Shown: positions 61,849 through 64,000 of the stretch, in pieces
How the letters are laid out: each line of letters starts with the position of its first letter
Position numbering within the stretch: position 1 is the first letter of the stretch
Source of the DNA: Planctomycetota bacterium
GTDB taxonomy: Bacteria > Planctomycetota > MHYJ01 > WSZJ01
Reading direction: 5' to 3'
NCBI GenBank assembly: GCA_038060895.1
Contig: JBBTCT010000036.1
Coordinates: forward strand, 4,883 to 68,882
Length of the DNA: 64,000 nucleotides
Program-made: the position numbers and the translations under genes
The notes under the pieces: generated by a model
What the model saw: only the letters and a program-made list of their open reading frames with translations
Told to the model about the DNA's origin: nothing
The model's database searches: none

Positions 61849-63168
61849 CTATTCCTCCGGCGACAGGACGATTTCCATCGGGTTCTCCAGCGCGACTCGG
61901 ATCCGCTTCCAGCCCGATTCCACAAGGCCCGTCTTTACCCAGACCAGCCGCCCCGGCCGCTCTTCCCAGTGACCTTCAGTTGTCTTGAAGCCTCCACCCG
62001 GGCCCACCGTCACGCGCGGCTGTCCTTTCACCCACTCCCGCCCGCTGGCCTCGAACACGAGCCGCGCTCCTTTGACCCGGAACGCGTGACCGTCCAGCAC
62101 CAGGGCCCACTCGCTTGTTTCGAGCTTGCCCGCAGGAAGAGTCACCGTCTTGCGCAGCACCTGGCACATCTGCGGCGGCAACTCGAAGGTGACGCACGAA
62201 TCCAGCGGGTCCACGACCGCGTTGCGGAAGTCCCCGCCGCGAAAGACGGGATCGTCCGAGAGGAGGATGACGCCCGCCGAATTGAACAGGTGCCACTTCG
62301 TCCCGGGCGGGCCTTTCACCCGGTCCAGGGCGTCCGGGTTCGGGCGGCCCCCGTGCAAGGCCATGATTTCCGGCCTGGGAAATGCCTCGAGCTTCCCCTC
62401 GAACGACCGGCCGGGAAATGTCCCGAACCAGCGGATCCTTTCGCACGCTTCCCGGTCCAGCCCGTCGCCGGACGAGAAGCGGAGCAAAGAGGCGCCCGCG
62501 CGGTCGAGGACGTTGATCTCGATCCCCTTGATCCCGGACGCGGCCAGCCGCTTCTGCATGACCTTCGCCGCCGCCGCCGCTCCCTCGCAGGCAGTGCCCG
62601 GCGGCGGACGCATCAGGATTTCCTTCACGGCGACGTCCGTCGGTGACGAGGGAATCCAGGTTCCCGGCGCTTCCTCCGCGGGAGAAATCCTCGGGGGACC
62701 GGGCCGCTTCGCGACAGCTCCTCCCACCACGCCCGCGGCCGCCGTCACTTTCCGGATCTCCGCGATGCGGGGCCTCAGCTTCGCGCAGCCGGCGTGCTCA
62801 CTCGTGTAGGTGCCCAGGAGTTTCTCGATCCTCGCCTCGCACCAGTCCAGCCGTGCGTCCACGAGCTTCACGTGGTCCGCGACATTCGCCATCCCCGGCT
62901 CGATCCCCTCCGACAGCCTCCGTGCTTCTTCGATTTCAATGTCCAGCTCCCGCAACATCACTTCCGCCGATGGCAGGCGTTCGACCACCGCGCTCTTGGG
63001 CACCAGGACGCCTTCCGGCTCCTGCGCCGTCTTGACCCGGTAGTAGTCGCCTTCCTCCGTGACCTCCCCGACAACGCAATCGCCCGCCCGGGTCCAGAGC
63101 GCATCGGGAAGCGCCGTGGAAGCGGAGGCGAGGAGGAGCAGGAACGCGATAAGGGGGTCTGGGCGCAT
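61849..63168 (-). CDS. Exported hypothetical protein with SecD periplasmic-domain-like region
   Basis: Signal peptide; small N-terminal beta domain; KVMQKRLAASG..GIEI, V..G.D..NA.V, VTFEL, ALVLDG resemble SecD P1; no SecD TM bundle. Confidence 0.55.
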   Translation of the reverse strand: MRPDPLIAFLLLLASASTALPDALWTRAGDCVVGEVTEEGDYYRVKTAQEPEGVLVPKSAVVERLPSAEVMLRELDIEIEEARRLSEGIEPGMANVADHVKLVDARLDWCEARIEKLLGTYTSEHAGCAKLRPRIAEIRKVTAAAGVVGGAVAKRPGPPRISPAEEAPGTWIPSSPTDVAVKEILMRPPPGTACEGAAAAAKVMQKRLAASGIKGIEINVLDRAGASLLRFSSGDGLDREACERIRWFGTFPGRSFEGKLEAFPRPEIMALHGGRPNPDALDRVKGPPGTKWHLFNSAGVILLSDDPVFRGGDFRNAVVDPLDSCVTFELPPQMCQVLRKTVTLPAGKLETSEWALVLDGHAFRVKGARLVFEASGREWVKGQPRVTVGPGGGFKTTEGHWEERPGRLVWVKTGLVESGWKRIRVALENPMEIVLSPEE

Positions 63169-63285
63169 GGCTGGGTTGCCCGCCATTCTATCGCCGGCGA
63201 GGACACTATTTGCACCCTTCGACTCGCTCAAGGTGAGCCGGGCCGAATGAAGTGATGACGTGGAAAAGCGGTGTTGCGGCCCGGC

Positions 63286-63972
63286 TCAGAAACTCTCGAA
63301 GAACTCCTTCAACTCCTCCTGCAGTTCTTCCTCCGTCTCCACCGTTTCGCGGATCTCCGCGATGATCTTTTCGCGCAGCCCTTTGCGCGCCCGGTGGAGC
63401 AGGTTCGTGACGTCGGTGACGCTGATCTTGAGCTCCGCGGCGGTGTCCTGGTAACTCGGACGGTCGCCGGGGACGAGGTGTTTGCGCACGCCGTTCCACT
63501 TCGCGCCGAGTTCCTTGCCGAGCCCGTCCATCGCGCGCTGCAGGATCGCCATGCACCAGGCGCGGCGGAAATGGCGCTCGGGAGATTCTTCGGTCCGCAT
63601 CTCGTCCTCGAGCAGCTCGACGTCGAGCGAGACCGGCGGCTTGCCGCGCTTGAGCGCGTGGGCCTTGCGATATTCGTTCGCGAGAAAGTGTTCGAGCGTC
63701 GCGAGGAGGTAGTTCTTGAAGCGCCCCCGCCCCTTCTGCACCCGGTCGAGCAGGTCGCTCTCGAAGAAATGAATGAAAAACCCCTGAGTCAGGTCCTTCG
63801 CGTCCTCCACGTTCTTGCCCTTGCGGCGGACGTAGAAGTAGATCGGCTTCCAGTAAATCGAAAAAAGCTGGTTCAGCGCTTCCTCGCGCTTGTCCTTCGC
63901 CTTGAGCACGAGGGACCACATCGTGCTCTGGAAGTCGTAGCCGCCGGTGCCGCCGAGGCTGGTGTCGCTCAC
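63286..63972 (-). CDS. ECF RNA polymerase sigma factor (kinase-associated type)
   Basis: FQSTMWSLV N-terminal motif, YWKPIYFYVRR, DAKDLTQGFF, GRFKNYL, KRG, region 4 YQDTAAEL...LLHRARK, EEL tail. Confidence 0.9.
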   Translation of the reverse strand: MSDTSLGGTGGYDFQSTMWSLVLKAKDKREEALNQLFSIYWKPIYFYVRRKGKNVEDAKDLTQGFFIHFFESDLLDRVQKGRGRFKNYLLATLEHFLANEYRKAHALKRGKPPVSLDVELLEDEMRTEESPERHFRRAWCMAILQRAMDGLGKELGAKWNGVRKHLVPGDRPSYQDTAAELKISVTDVTNLLHRARKGLREKIIAEIRETVETEEELQEELKEFFESF

Positions 63973-64000
63973 TTCGAACCCTCAGTCTTCCGGAACATTT

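Noticed and set aside
63215-63240. CCCTTCGACTCGCTCAAGG REP-like fragment between ECF and next gene
   Set aside because: Single short copy in the window; not enough support to call as a feature.

Overview
GC-rich bacterial chromosome window; gene content (ECF sigma factor with Ser/Thr kinase, HEAT/TPR proteins, FG-GAP/ASPIC proteins, PilMNOQ) suggests Planctomycetota or a relative (inference only). The flanks are housekeeping or signalling genes: kdsA, ribBA, RNase E/G, pilMNO-X-Q and a sugar-phosphate nucleotidyltransferase on the left; miaB, ribD, GAF-GGDEF, yvcK-like, ligA, PilZ, FHA, Ser/Thr kinase and ECF sigma on the right. The accessory core (about 12-50 kb) holds the main result. Five paralogous ~1,120-1,165 aa membrane-anchored proteins (NTF2-like / FG-GAP propeller / ASPIC-UnbV / TlpA-like CxxC / TPR) are each interrupted by an in-frame TGA at the same aligned codon, APD[YW]-TGA-T[HF]FWRQV. 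Each TGA is followed after 10 nt by a conserved hairpin with an AGGU loop that shows compensatory base changes and resembles a bacterial SECIS. A sixth, unrelated redoxin-domain gene has a TGA that reads into a U-x-x-C motif, also with a SECIS-like hairpin. The best explanation is a cluster of six unannotated selenoproteins, accompanied by two paralogous ~900 aa acidic lipoproteins of unknown family. A KamA / two ATP-grasp ligase / GNAT operon is embedded in the region. No rRNA, tRNA (including tRNA-Sec), selA/B/D, CRISPR array or transposase was recognised. All assignments are by eye; no database search was run.
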